Below, piece by piece: positions 11,766 to 24,150 of a stretch of DNA of 64,000 bases; the stretch's first letter is position 1; the number at the start of each line of letters is the position of its first letter. The stretch comes from Takakia lepidozioides. Lineage: Eukaryota; Plantae; Bryophyta. Position numbers and translations under genes: made by a program. The notes beneath the pieces were generated by a model. It saw nothing but the letters and a program-made list of their open reading frames with translations, was not told where the DNA came from and did no database searches. Where the stretch lies: assembly GCA_030704615.1 (NCBI GenBank), contig CM060732.1, forward strand, positions 45,694,001-45,758,000, read 5' to 3'.

Positions 11766-14700
11766 TCAACGTTTCTTCCGCTTTTGAGGTCGCCCTTCGA
11801 ACGCTGCAACTGCCTCGGATGCGTTTCCCATTTCTGAGGCACGCACCCAAGATGCCTCCACATGATGATAGCCCTTCCATTTGACGAGATACTCCGTTTC
11901 TCGGTTCCTGAACCTCCTCGACTTAAGTATTGCCTCCACCTCGTACTCAGGTTCATTTTCATGATCCAACAGCATAGGTGGCGGACGCAACACTTGATGC
12001 CGATTCGGACGCGCTTCATATTTGAAGTAAGGCTTCAAAAGGGAGACATGGAATACTGGGTGCACCTTACTGTTTGCCGGCAGCTCCAATTCATACACAT
12101 CCTCATTCATAACCTTCCGAATGCGAAAGGGTCCCGCATACGGAGGTACGAACTTCGGACTCACTTCCGGAGGTAGTCGGAAATTCTTGATGTTCAACCA
12201 GACCTCTGTGCCTGCCTCAAACTTCACTTCCCTCCGCTTTCGATTCGCCTGCCTTTCATACCGTTTCCTAGCTTTGGCAATATTGTACTTTGCGAGCTTC
12301 AACAAACGCTCGCGTTCTTCCAGTACCGCCGCTACTGCCGGTTCCTCAACGTCCTGGGCGGCCCAACTTGTCGGCACCAGAGGTGCTTTTCCATAGACCA
12401 ACACGAAAGGGGAAACTCCCGTTGCGGAGTGTTCTGTGTTATTATAACAGAACTCTGCCGCGTCTAAGTGTTCCATCCAGTCTGATTGGTCTGCCGACAC
12501 GTAATTCTGCAAGAATTGCTTCACTACGGAATTCACTCTTTCCGTTTGGCCGTCCGTCGTAGGTCGGAAGGCGGTGCTCATCTTCAGCCTCGTCCCCATC
12601 TTCTTCCAAAGTGCTCTCCAGAATTTACTCGTAAACTTTGGATCGCGGTCCGAGACAATATCCTTCGGGACTTCATGATGCTTTAAGACGTGGGCGAAGT
12701 AAAGTCGCCCTGTCTCCTGCGCCGTTGCCGTCTCCTTGGTGGGGATGAAATGGCCCATTTTACTGAACCTATCTACCACCACCATGATTGCATCGAATCC
12801 TTTTGACAGCGGCATAGCAGTCATGAAATCCATCGAGACGCTTTCCCAAGTCCCCTCTGGAATCGGCAAGGGTTGTAACAGCCCCGCTTGCTTTTTGTAC
12901 TCGCTCCGGTTTTGTCGGCATGTGGTGCATGTCTTGACATACTCCTCTGCCTCCTCCCTCAGTTTGGGCCAGAAATACTCTTTCTTCAAGAGTGCCGCAG
13001 TGCGCTTGGCTCCGCCGTGGCCCGCAAGCGGGCTATCATGACATTCTCTCAAGAGACTATCCCTGATCCCTCCCTTCGGCACGTAGAGACGCTTTTGCTT
13101 ATACCGGAGCAGTCCATTTTGCAAGTGGAACTGCGATTTAACCCCCATCCTCAAGTCCTGCATCACGGACTTCGCCAGCTCATCCTTCCGGCAAGCCTTC
13201 CGGATCTTCCTTTGGAGTGCCGTCTCTCCCTTGTACACCAACAAGAGCTGCTGCTTTCTACTTAAAGCATCGGCCACCACATTGTCCCGTCCCGGTTTGT
13301 ACTGGATATCCACGTCGAACACTGCCAAAGTATCTTGCCACCTAAGTTGTTTTGGGGACAACTTGGGCTGCGTGGCAAAATACTTCACCGTGACATTGTC
13401 CGTGAATACCTTCACTGGGTTGGAACCAACATAGTGGCGCCAGAGCTCAAGGCAATGCACCACCGCCTTCATCTCTTTTTCGTGCGTCGGCCAACGTCGC
13501 TCCACTTCATTCAGTTTCTTACTTTCTTAAGCCACTGGACGTCCATCTTGCATAAGTACACCCCCAATCGCGAAGTCCGATGCATCTGTATGAATCTCAA
13601 ACGGACGATCGAACTCCGGGATTTTCAAGACTGGAGCTTCCGTCATCCGCTGCTTCAATTCAGCAAAAGCTTGGCCACAAAATGTGTTCCATACCCAGAC
13701 TTTGGATTTACACAGAAGGTCCAACAGCGGCCCCGCGATCTTGGCGAAATTTCTCACATACTTCCGGTAATAGGAGGCGAGTCCTAGGAAGGATCGCACT
13801 CCCGAGACCGAAGTCGGAGGCTCCCAGTCCAAGATCGCCCTCACCTTTCTGTCATCCATTTTGATCCCATCCTGTGTAATCACATACCCCAAGAACTCTA
13901 CTTTCGTGACCCCGAATTCGCACTTTGAAGCTTTGGCATACAGCTTCCCTTCTCGCAATTTTTGGAACACCCTTTTGAGGTGCTCCAGGTGCTCCTCCTT
14001 TGTTTTCGAGTACACCAAGATGTCGTCGATGTACACGATCACAAAGTCATCCAACCACTCCTGGAAAAGGCTGTTCATCAGCGTGCTAAATGTCGCTGGT
14101 GCATTGGTGAGCCCAAAAGGCATCACCAAGAACTCATATGAACCATACCTTGTCCTGCACGCGGTCTTCTCCTCATCTCCTTCCGCCACCCAAATTTGGT
14201 GATAGCCGGAGCGCAAGTCGATCCGGCTGAAATACTTTGCTCCTGCCAACCGATCGAAGAGGTCGTCGATCCTTGGCAAAGGGTACCGGTTTTTGATAGT
14301 CACCTTATTCAGAGCCCTGTAATCGACACACATCCGCAGCGTCCTATCCTTCTTGTCTGCAAATAGCACCGGGGCTCCGTAAGGTGACTTACTTGGCCGG
14401 ATGTACCCCTTTGACATTAGATCCTTGAGCTGAGTCTTCAGCTTGACCAACTCTCTGTGGCTCAACCGGTAGGGCGCCTTGGCAGGCGGTTCCGATCCCG
14501 GTATCACCTCAATCTTGTGGTCAACTCCTCTTCGCGGTGGCAAGCCGCTTGGTAAATCCTTCGGCATCACATCCTGGTATTTCTCCAAAATCCCCTTGAT
14601 CCAATCTGGGCTCGGCTCCCCATCGCCTTCTCGTTTCACTTCTCTAATGTAAAGCAAAAACTGGGGCTCGTGTGCCCCCTCCACGGCCCACTCCTTTGCT

Positions 14701-16328
14701 GACAGAAGATTTATTCGCCCTCCCACGGATTTGGGCGTTTCTGACACTCGTAAAACCTCGCCACCATTCCCACATGGCAGCGTGACTACTCTCTTGTGGC
14801 CATCTATGACCGCTCCGGATTTGCTCAAAAAGGTCATCCCCAAAATGAGATCCACTCCATTGATCTCGCAGATGGTGAAGTTCTCACGTCCCTCCCAACT
14901 CCCCAGTTGAAGGGGAACATCAATCGCCAACCTTGTCGCCAATTGTGGTTCTCCTTTGGCAGAACGCACCTCAATAGAGGCCCCCACGTCACTTGTCGGG
15001 AGTCCCAGCTTTTGTGCCGTTGTCGGTGTCATGAAGGAGTGCGACGCTCCTGTGTCCACCAACAACGACACATTAGTTCCGGATATTATCCCATCCACGA
15101 ACAATAACTGACTCCCTTTCCGTAAGGCGCCAGTTTCCTGATACAACTCACAAGAAAATTTGCCTACCTTGCAAGTCCTGGCGACCACCGCTTCCACCAA
15201 GCGACTGATGGTATCTTCCGACAGCTCCGTGGTCGCCCGAGTCATGTTCAATTGCCGGGGCTTCGTGCACTTCTTGGCCATGTGTCCGGGCTCCCCGCAA
15301 TTGAAACACACTCCATCAAAGGTCGCCTTCTGTCCGCCATAAGCCGCTCCACCCGCTTTTCCTTTCGGAGCACCGGGTGCCGCCTTGACGTGTGAAGGCC
15401 CTCCCTTCGATTTCCACGTGCCATTTTCGCCGCGTGGCCTATCCCACTTCTTTTCCGGTCGGAAGGAGTCACCTTCCCGCCGAATCTTCTTGTGGTTCAG
15501 CTCCGTACGGCCTTGTCTTTCACCCCTAGGGACATCCGAGAAACATTCAGCCCTCTCAATTGCCTCGTTCAAAGTCTTGGGTGGCTTCTCCTCCAACTTC
15601 CGCCTGGCCCATGGGGCCAGTCCCGCCACAAAGTTGAAGACCATTTCTGGTTCTGCCATGTCCGCGACTTCGAGCAACAGCACATTGAAAGCCTGGACAT
15701 ACCCCCGAATGTCATCTGTTTGCTTCAAATTCCTCATCTTGTCCCGGGCAAGCCAGGACGCGTTGAGGGGCACAAACTGTCTCTTCAACAATTCCTTGAA
15801 CCCACTCCAGTTCAAGGTTTCCGGACTTGGACCTCGGTCGTGAAGGCGTTTCTGCCACCATTGTTGAGCATAGCCCCTCAAATAGGTGGGAGCCACTTCC
15901 ACGCGATCCTCGTCACTCAACTTGGCCGCCCGGAAGTACTGCTCCAGCTCCAAGAGCCAGGTGTTGAGTGCCTTCCGATTTCGGACGCCCTCGAAGGTGC
16001 CGGGTTCCTTAGGCTTCACCTTAAACTTTGCCTTAGTGGAAGTGGCATTAGCCGCCTTCAACACGTCTTTCAACGTCCCGCCGAACTGCGCCAACAACCC
16101 TTCCCAAAAGGCTGCCGGCATGGGAGGCATCTCTTGGTTTGTCGGAGCTCTCAAGGATTCCTCGGGCTCCGACTCCTCGGATTCCTCCCGCTCTTGGGCG
16201 GCCTCGTTTTCGGAAACATGCATCGCTTCCTCAAACGGCCGCCTCGGTGACACGCCGCCCCCATCGGGCTCACCGGGATCATCATCTTTTGGGCCGTTCC
16301 GCTTTCGCTTCGGCTTGCCCGACCCCAT
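11766..16328 (-). CDS. Gypsy gag-pol polyprotein (gag, CCHC knuckle, protease, RT, RNase H, integrase, chromodomain) with one premature TAA at 13527-13529
   Basis: [37 protein letters not shown] integrase, GPF motif, chromodomain EYEVEAIL...YLVKWKGY...SW. ORFs 13527-16382 and 11766-13505 are in the same frame. Confidence 0.95.
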
Positions 16329-16383
16329 GATGAGGCCAATCCCAAGGGCAATCGTGTACTGAACTCTAAGCTCTGATACCAAG

Positions 16384-17110
16384 TGTCACGCACCTCACTT
16401 CGGTAAACTCCCCTTCAAGTCATAGTTACTCGCTTTGATGCGCGCGCCTGACTCCCAACCTGGCCGCCGGGCCAACTTGGAGCTTCGGCTGCTCACCGGG
16501 ACATAACGGTCCCCCCTTCGCTTCCCTCTAAAACCCTCCACCTAATTGGGACTAGGAGAATTCCCTTTGGTAGATGGCAGTCCGGAACAGCTCCCCACTC
16601 TTTGGTCGTTTTCCGGCTCGCTCGCTTACTCATTAGTTTTTGGTCACCAACGGGCTTGCACTGTTCTCGGGGTTACTACTCCCTATATATACTTCTGTAA
16701 CTGTCCGCGGGGGTTTCACAACCAGCCATGCCATTTTATGGCGAACCACCATGAAGACCCTCGATTCCCGGTGGTGAGTCGCGGTGAGTCTTGGCCCACT
16801 CACCACGGCCCCTATGGATCGTGATGAGTCCCAAGACTCCCCACGACTCCCACCACGAGGTCTCCACCCCCATGGTGAGTCCTATGCCACCCCCACTAAG
16901 TCCCACTAAGCTACCACCACCCCTTGTGGGGCCACCCCCACCGCAACCCGGTGTGCGGGGCTCCACCTAGTGAGCGCCTCCGCCTCCTTGAGTGCCTTGG
17001 GCACTCAAGGGTGCTTCAGCCCCCGTACCTATCGCTGCTACTGCCCCCACTACAGGGGCAGCCCCTCTTGTGTCCCGACCTCCCTGCCCTCAAGGCAAAG
17101 GGCCGCGACA
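16384..17110 (-). repeat. Gypsy 5' LTR (727 bp)
   Basis: Direct repeat of 10135-10859, adjacent to the PBS. Confidence 0.97.
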
Positions 17111-18208
17111 GCAGGGGCTTGATTTTAACAACTGTGCAGTTGCCACTGCATTCAGTTGACCATGTACGGCAGACTCTAAAATAATAGCCAGCAGCCTGTT
17201 GTGGACGATCATTTCTGATGTGAGAGAATCAAACACAACCAGATTGAAATCAACTCGATAACTTGGCCTGTTGGACACCTTTCTGCCTTGGACTGCAAGA
17301 GCAGTAACCTCGGTCTTCACAATTCTGGTGAGAAAATTATATGTTAGCTCAGTAAATAATGATATAGAATACTAGACTTCTACTGTAGTTTTATTGGCTC
17401 TGTCTTGCAAGGATAGAGGCATTGTGGAGACATCTTGCCTAGGCGGAGAACGAAGAACTAGGCTTATCCATTCAACCTAGTCTATGGAGGGTTGATGGGA
17501 CCCGCAAGGGATAGAGACATTGTGGAGAGTGGAGGCATCTCGCCTAGGGGGAGATAAGCCTAGTCTATGGACGGTTGATGGGGATGATTCATGAAGCCGT
17601 GGAAAAGGTATAAAACAATAACCCCAAAATCACCTAAGGAAAGAGCAACGACAAAACCTCTTCTGGCGGAGCCGCTTCTTTCATTTTCGAATATATTTAC
17701 AGACTACTTTTTATTTTTATTTTGTTTTGCTTTGTTGGCCTTGCCTTCTCAAGGCATGACTACGCAAAGTGTTCAGCCGCTTTTGACGCTTTACCGTTTT
17801 TTTTTTGTTTTGTTTTGTTTTTCCTTCGATTTATTCTTCCAATTTGATCGAGACAGTTGCCACCAGAATATTCTGTACATATTTCTAACGAATGACATCC
17901 CCTGGATGAACAATTTCATGGTCTTTCCCTGGAGTTCAATTTCTTGTGCATGCTTATGAGGATATTACCCTGCGTGCAATCCGGGTGATTCAGGGCTCAA
18001 ATCTTGTTACCGATATTTATTAATAAATATTGTGTGATCTTCCAGATTTTTACTATCTATTCATAATTACTAGAGGGCAGGGCTTGCATGAATTCCATGC
18101 ATTTGTTTTTGTTTTTGGTTTTTGGTTTTTGGTTTTTTTGTTTTTTTTTTGTTTTTTTTATGCCCTGGTTAAAATTTTATTAAAGAATTATTCGGGGAAA
18201 AAAATTAA

Positions 18209-18641
18209 GAGCGGGTTCCATGGGCAGCTACAAGTGCCCCTATGAATCGCCCCCAGGATTAGTGAGGCGCTATTGGTCCAAATAGCGTATACCCTAAGGG
18301 GAGCCCCCACGGAAAAAAGCAGTCCCCTCACAAGGGGCAATCGAGTTTCAGTGCCACCTTTGTCTTTTCCTATGGCGGGGCCCCCAGACTTACAGAATAC
18401 ATTGACTTCTATCCACTTAAGCTAAATTTTAGGGGAAGGAATGATTTTTTATATTTTAATCCAAAACTTATATTAATTGTTCATCTGCTATGTCATGGGC
18501 CCACAGCAATTGGTGCCAAAGATTTTTAGAGGGGTGAATAGAAAGGTATCCATGGAACCACCCCTTCTCATTTTGAAGGGGCGATTCCCTCCTGGGGGCG
18601 CTTGCTTGGGGGCGTTTGGGAGTGCCCATGGAACCTGGCCC
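18209..18641. mobile_element. Tourist/PIF-Harbinger-like MITE
   Basis: Imperfect TIRs (GAGCGGGTTCCATGGGCA...CGCCCCCAGG and its reverse complement ending CCATGGAACCTGGCCC), flanked by TAA at 18206-18208 and 18642-18644. Confidence 0.7.
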
Positions 18642-19287
18642 TAAAACCACTATTACACCATGAGGCACATGCACGGTAATCAGTGAATAGGTAGAGGAAC
18701 CAAACCAAACCCCGACAGTGGGTTATCAGTTATCACCGTCGAGACAGTAACGGCGACCCTTTCTCGGAAACCAAGGCAAATTAAGCTTAGAAGTTAGAGT
18801 TTGCAAGTTTGCGTAGACTCAGCAGACGAAGAACACGACAGAGCAATAAAGCCAAATACCCAAGAAGGGTGGGATGGCAATTACTTCCGTTGAAAATCTC
18901 TCATTGACCTTCTACGATGAGAACCATTCTATCTGTACTGAAGTCTCGAGGCTATTTAGATGGCTTAAGGTGCTTCCAGTTTATTTCACCGTCGAACTCG
19001 GGGGACACCGTGGAGGGGGGCACGTTGATCTCGCCAGAGAGTGGGAGGGAGCTCAGTCCAGGCACAGTGGTCGATAACAGGGGCCCACAGAGGCCCTGGT
19101 AAGAACTTTATTCGGAACAGACTATTTTTAAAACTATATCAGACAATGTTAGATCGAATAGAAAATTTGTGCATGGAACTATTGTACGGCCTGGGAGTTT
19201 TGAAAAGCGTGGTGTGGTGGTAAGGACGGTGCAGGAGTAGCGTGCCGCACGAGAGCTTATTTGTGGCCAGATTTTGGGGCGTCAGAG

Positions 19288-22200
19288 ATGACCATGTTCG
19301 GGAGCGTGGTGGTGGTGGTGCTGGCCTTGGCTCTGGCAGCATTTTATGCCTCCGTTGTGAGAAGATCGTCAATCGATCCATTGCCGGTTTACCTGCCGCC
19401 CCGTCACAAGGCTGAGGGCGTGTTTGCCCACAACAATTTGTTGCAAGGCATTGAGAAGATTGGAGTTGGCAAGCTGCTGTTGCCTGAAGACATCGCTGTG
19501 GACGCTAGCACGGGCTGGATCTACGTGGGATGCAAAGATGGGTGGGTGAAGCGCTTCTCACACACGACTGGAGTGGTAGAGAACTGGGTCCATGTGGGCG
19601 GTCGCCCACTGGGCCTCGCCATGGGGCTACATGGTGAGATTATTGTGTGCGAACCTTATCAGGTATAAGATTTATCCATATATATGTGTGGGCCTACATA
19701 GATGACATGCTCACCCTATCGCCTATCAACGTAGATATGGAAATGTACGAGGGTAACAGCTCATTTAGCTGTAGCTATGTCTTCGACTTGACCAGGTTTC
19801 AATTTTACTCTACGCATTTGAGGGGGGGTGGAAGGAAGATTGGTTGCGGTAATTCCCGGTCGTTTGAGCATCCCAGTTAGGAGCTGTTTAGATGTTTTCT
19901 CTTCTGCGAGACTTCGAAGTGTTTGCTCGTGTGGTCCAAAAGTGAAGTTGCTATCGAGAGGAAGGAATAGGTATATAAGATATTCCTACTTTCATTATAC
20001 ATACCCGAGAAAAAATGGGCTGGGTATGAGGGTCTATACAGGTGCTGAAATCTCTTAGGTTAGCATTGAAATAGGAGGGGCCTTTCGTTACCTTTTGGCT
20101 GGCGTATACAAGCAAGGTTTTCTTCCTGTTCTTAGTTGTTTGTAGAAAGTCCTTGACATTAAATAATGGTTGTTGGTCTGATGTCCAGTGTTGTTTTTAG
20201 TGTGAGATTATTTCATTGTGAGCTGCTCAATTGGCAGGGCTTGTTGAATGTGACTGAAGATGGTGTCCGAGTGCTGTCCACTGAAGCTGAGGGAGTCAAA
20301 TTCAAGTGAGCTTTCTCTCTCTGACCACAACTTCTTGTGAAGTCTCTTCCCTTTGTCCTGGGTTTCATATACCTACAGGATTTGCAGATTTTCTCCACAT
20401 TTGCTCTGACAGGGAAGCTTCAGAGGCTGTAATATACAATTGAGCTGCTTTGTTCACAATATCAGTACAGTCAAGGTTACAGGGTAATTCTCCGGCGAGG
20501 TATTTTCTGTATAGGTGACTGGAGCATCTGTACCAGGAGATTTTTTTCTTATTTGTGAACTGAGCTAGCATTTATAATATGTGTGAGAATGCAGGTTGGC
20601 AGATGAGGTTGCAGTGGGAAAGGATGGGTCAGTTTACTTCACCGATGCAACGTCTAAGTTTGGTTATGCGGACCATCATTTGGACAGTTTAGAGACCCGG
20701 CGCAATGGACGACTGCTGAAATATGACCCGGCTACAGAGACAACCTCTGTCTTAGTAAGAGACCTCATCTTTGCAAACGGCATTGCTCTCTCACCAAGGG
20801 AGGATTCCATCATCTATTGTGAAACTATGCTGTAAGTGGACTCCTGCCAGACTTGTGTATCCTCTCTCAGAGTGATTAGGAAGAATGCGTACTAACATGA
20901 GTAGAACCATTGGAGCGTCCTCGACAGATGAATTCATAGCTTTACTTCCATTTAGGTGAGAAATTAGCTTACTTAACCCAGTCCAAAGAAAACTTATTTC
21001 TACAAACGCCTGCAAACAACCATTGCTGGAGGAGGATTGACTGTGGTGTACACAGGCCGAGTTGGTTTAGGGCCTTGAGACAACAGGCCTTCATTTCTCC
21101 CTGGAGCACAATCCTGTTGTGGGTGGAATATTGGTCAATAATCAAGGCATAATCTTTATAATCAATATGCAGCGGTGCAGATGCTGGTCTAATACTGCCC
21201 CAAAAACAGCAAGAATGAGAGGTCAAACTCATCTTCGAGTAGAGGTGCTAATGTTGCTAAAGGGAAAAGCAATGTACTCGTAAGACATTGTTTGCTGTAG
21301 CCTTGTGGCCAATGTTGCTAATGACATTGGTAGTACTTAGCAGTCTTTGCTCATCACTGGCAACATTTTATGGAACATAGAGCATTCTGGTAACAATCAA
21401 GTTATAGTTGCACCAATGTCGTGGGCAAAATTATGAGCACAAAGCTTGCAACTGAATAAAAACCCCTAAATCTTTAATAACATGGAAATCCATGATTATG
21501 GGCTCGGCAAATAATAGAATAGACATCTGGCACTTCCTCCAATAAAAGTTTATGGACTTGTGATGAACGGCCCCTTTACAAGTATTAGGTAGGCTTGTTT
21601 GTAATAAAGAGCTGGTCGTTTGGATGGCAGTGCCAAGTGTAGCCGCTATTGGCTGGGAGGTAGTAAGAAAGGGTCGACTGAAGTCTTCATCGAAAATCTT
21701 CCTGGATTTCCCGACAATATCCACTTCAATGGGCGTGGCACTTTCTACATTGCATTAGTTTCGGTGCGTTTTACATATTCTGCATACTCTTGATTTCGTG
21801 TCGTTAATTTTTGAAGTAAGTCTGCCAATTCACCCTGTTTGAATTATATTCCAACCACAAACCAAAGCAATTGTCCAATATCCATCCTCAGTTGTATTGT
21901 ACTTTTCACCTGAGGAGCACTCTGTGGCTTCTCTGGAAATGCATTGGTCTATTCATTGACTTCATTGCAATTCGAGGAAAGAGATACTGGGTGGAGTGTT
22001 TCCCTTGGTTCCTGAAAATAAGGTCAACTAGGCTTTCTCTTGTAGACCGTCATTTGTAGGGTGTTGCAAACTCATCTCTGGCTGTTATCTGTTGCAGGAC
22101 CGGGATTGGCTTGTGGATTTCGTGTTCAGAACCCCCTTCCTGAGGCAACTGATTGCTACTTATCCTGGTTTGCAGGTTCTGGCTGATAAGACTGGGAAAT

Positions 22201-22376
22201 CTGCCCGAGTGCTAACAGTGAGTGAGGATGGGAAACCCATTCAAATGTTTGAGGACTCCACAGGCAAAGAAATAGCCTATGTTACTTCTGGGGTAGAATA
22301 TGATGGGTATCTTTATGTGGGGGGCCTCATCTCTTCCTACATTGGGCGCCTCAAACTGCATTACCAGGAGGCCTGA
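19288..22376 (+). CDS. Strictosidine synthase-like / APMAP-type beta-propeller protein, about 363 aa; exons 19288-19662, 20238-20305, 20595-20831, 21631-21763, 22098-22376
   Basis: N-terminal signal anchor; PEDIAVD, GGRPLG, YFTDAT, GRLLKYDP, FANGIALS, LPGFPDNI motifs. GT-AG introns keep the frame. Confidence 0.9.
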
Positions 22377-22809
22377 CATTCTTTCTGCACTGCTTGTCAA
22401 GACAATTCGCACTACTCAGTTTGTATTTTTACCGAGTTGTCGGTTTGTTTTACTATTTAGTTGTTCATACAGTCTTGTAGCTGCTCACAGCAGTCCCAGG
22501 GCAGCCTTTCAGTTCATGCCGTCTCAAAACCTTCGTAATTCATGCCCAATGTCACCATTTCAACCCTGCTGCTCCACAGTGGAACTCGCCAACCTAGTTT
22601 TGCAATCATCAAATCCTAGGTCATGTATTCATCCTGAAAGAATATCCTGACGGACTGAACTGACCAAACATAAGCTATCACCTTCAAGAGAGACATCCCA
22701 TTCCAAGCACAGCAGTGTGCAGTGGGCTTCAGCATCAATGAGTAATCTGTGGCTTTGCAATAGCCACAGATTACTACTTTGCTTGAAAGCATCAATACTA
22801 TTTTTATGG

Positions 22810-23518
22810 AGCATGAATTGTGCTGAATTGCCCTTAGACAGATCCTTGTTCTGGGTGCTTGAGGCAACTGGACTAAAGAGACTGTCAAGCTACGGCAGTG
22901 GCCCTTTAAATGATAGCCTGCCTAGGGAATGACCATTCTAGTGTTACATGTCCTTTTTTAGTCCATCACATAAAACCCTTCCAGCAAACTGGAACTAGCC
23001 ATGGCAAACCAAGAGGTAGAATCTGTTCAGCATGGTTCATAGGGAGGAGACTTTAGCTTTCAGCAAATCTAAGAGAAAGTCTGCAGCTTACAAGGTCACT
23101 TTGTATTAGCATCCTCCAAGGCACTACATCAACCTTCTACCTCTGTAGCAAGCTCCCATCATCGAACACAAAATACAGCCTGATGTGCATGTAGGAAATG
23201 TCATGGAGTGTGTTCTCATTGCCACGTGATTTATGTGGAGCTGGTCTGCAATATGTAAGACACTTAAATAAGAAACCACTCAAGTTCTGTATTTGTGACT
23301 GCAAACTATCAAGTCAGCGAATCAGCATACTAGCACTCTAACTTGACATATAGAGCCCCCCAAAGCGCAGTGACTGTCACGCGTCTGACCTAAATAGCCC
23401 AAAGAACTTGGTTTACTTGCGTTGGTAAAACCTGGAAGAATCCATGTTTTTGCATGAAATCTTTTAGCACTTTCTCCCTTGTATCTTATTGTCAGAAGCT
23501 CCTGGAGCTTTTACCAAC
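22810..23518. repeat. Dispersed repeat copy 1, block order X-Y-Z
   Basis: X 22810-22949, Y 22951-23015 and Z 23016-23518 align to 56766-56905, 56141-56205 (inverted) and 56208-56762. Confidence 0.85.
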
Positions 23519-24150
23519 AACATTGCTTGCGACCGCTCATGATGCCGCTTTTGGCATCACCTTGAGCAAGAGTTCACCTTGAACCTTTTTTGACTAGGAA
23601 GATAACCTTGAACAAACCGTGCGCCCCAATCACTACAATTGGGTCCGCCTTAGAATGCTGGCCTGAGGTACGGGAACACGCCGAAGCCGCACTACGACTT
23701 CGTCCCGAGGTTACACGATTATAGTACGTGAACGGAAGCACGTAGCTTCCGCGTTAGCCCGCACTACAAGGCTCAAAAGCGAAAGAAGCGTTGATGGGGA
23801 CATCAACCTTGGAGCGTGGGGGAAGAAATGCATGTTTAGCCCGGCTTACCTAGCTCAGGAATCCGATTGCAAAAACTTGTATTGTACAAATTTTGTTATA
23901 AATGAATTGGTTCCCAAATGTTGTGCGTCCTATTTTGTTTGGAATGGTGATGCATGGTTTGTTTGGCTAGTGTGTAGAATGCATACTAGCTTGCAAAAGT
24001 GGGAGAGGTAAATTGCATTAATTGTGTGTTTGCGTAATGCCAAAATCGGGTGACTCCCATCCAAGGGGCAAAGAAACTTGCGCCTTCTGTGGGAGTTCAC
24101 GTGCTAGTGTGCACCTCACGCGTGCGCGTACTATAACTGCGCTACCGAGG
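23515..24150. mobile_element. Internally inverted copy of the Gypsy 3' UTR / pol end
   Basis: 23515-23772 matches 11146-11403 directly; 23772-24150 matches the reverse complement of 11409-11788. Confidence 0.9.

Larger units (their letters stand above)
10135..17110 (-). mobile_element. Full-length Ty3/Gypsy chromovirus LTR retrotransposon (Galadriel-like)
   Basis: TG...CA LTRs at 10135-10859 and 16384-17110. GCAGG TSD at 10130-10134 and 17111-17115. Met-tRNA PBS TGGTATCAGAGC next to the 5' LTR; purine-rich PPT next to the 3' LTR. Confidence 0.97.
9579..17320 (-). pseudogene. PLS-class PPR gene disrupted by Gypsy (10135-17110) and truncated by Copia
   Basis: ORF 9575-10174 has PLS motifs (TYVCLLHKC, GKQVHSHI, NTLVHIYVKC, VTWNT, ITFVGVCNACAS). 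Removing the Gypsy and one TSD joins ORF 17090-17320 in frame (KSSPC/TMTIASER). Confidence 0.8.

Noticed and set aside
11862-16362. Many plus-strand ORFs such as 15492-16250 (252 aa)
   Set aside because: Antisense shadows of the GC-rich Gypsy gag-pol.
18728-19079. Possible solo LTR upstream of SSL ending GATAACA
   Set aside because: The left end lacks TG and there is no TSD; support is too weak.
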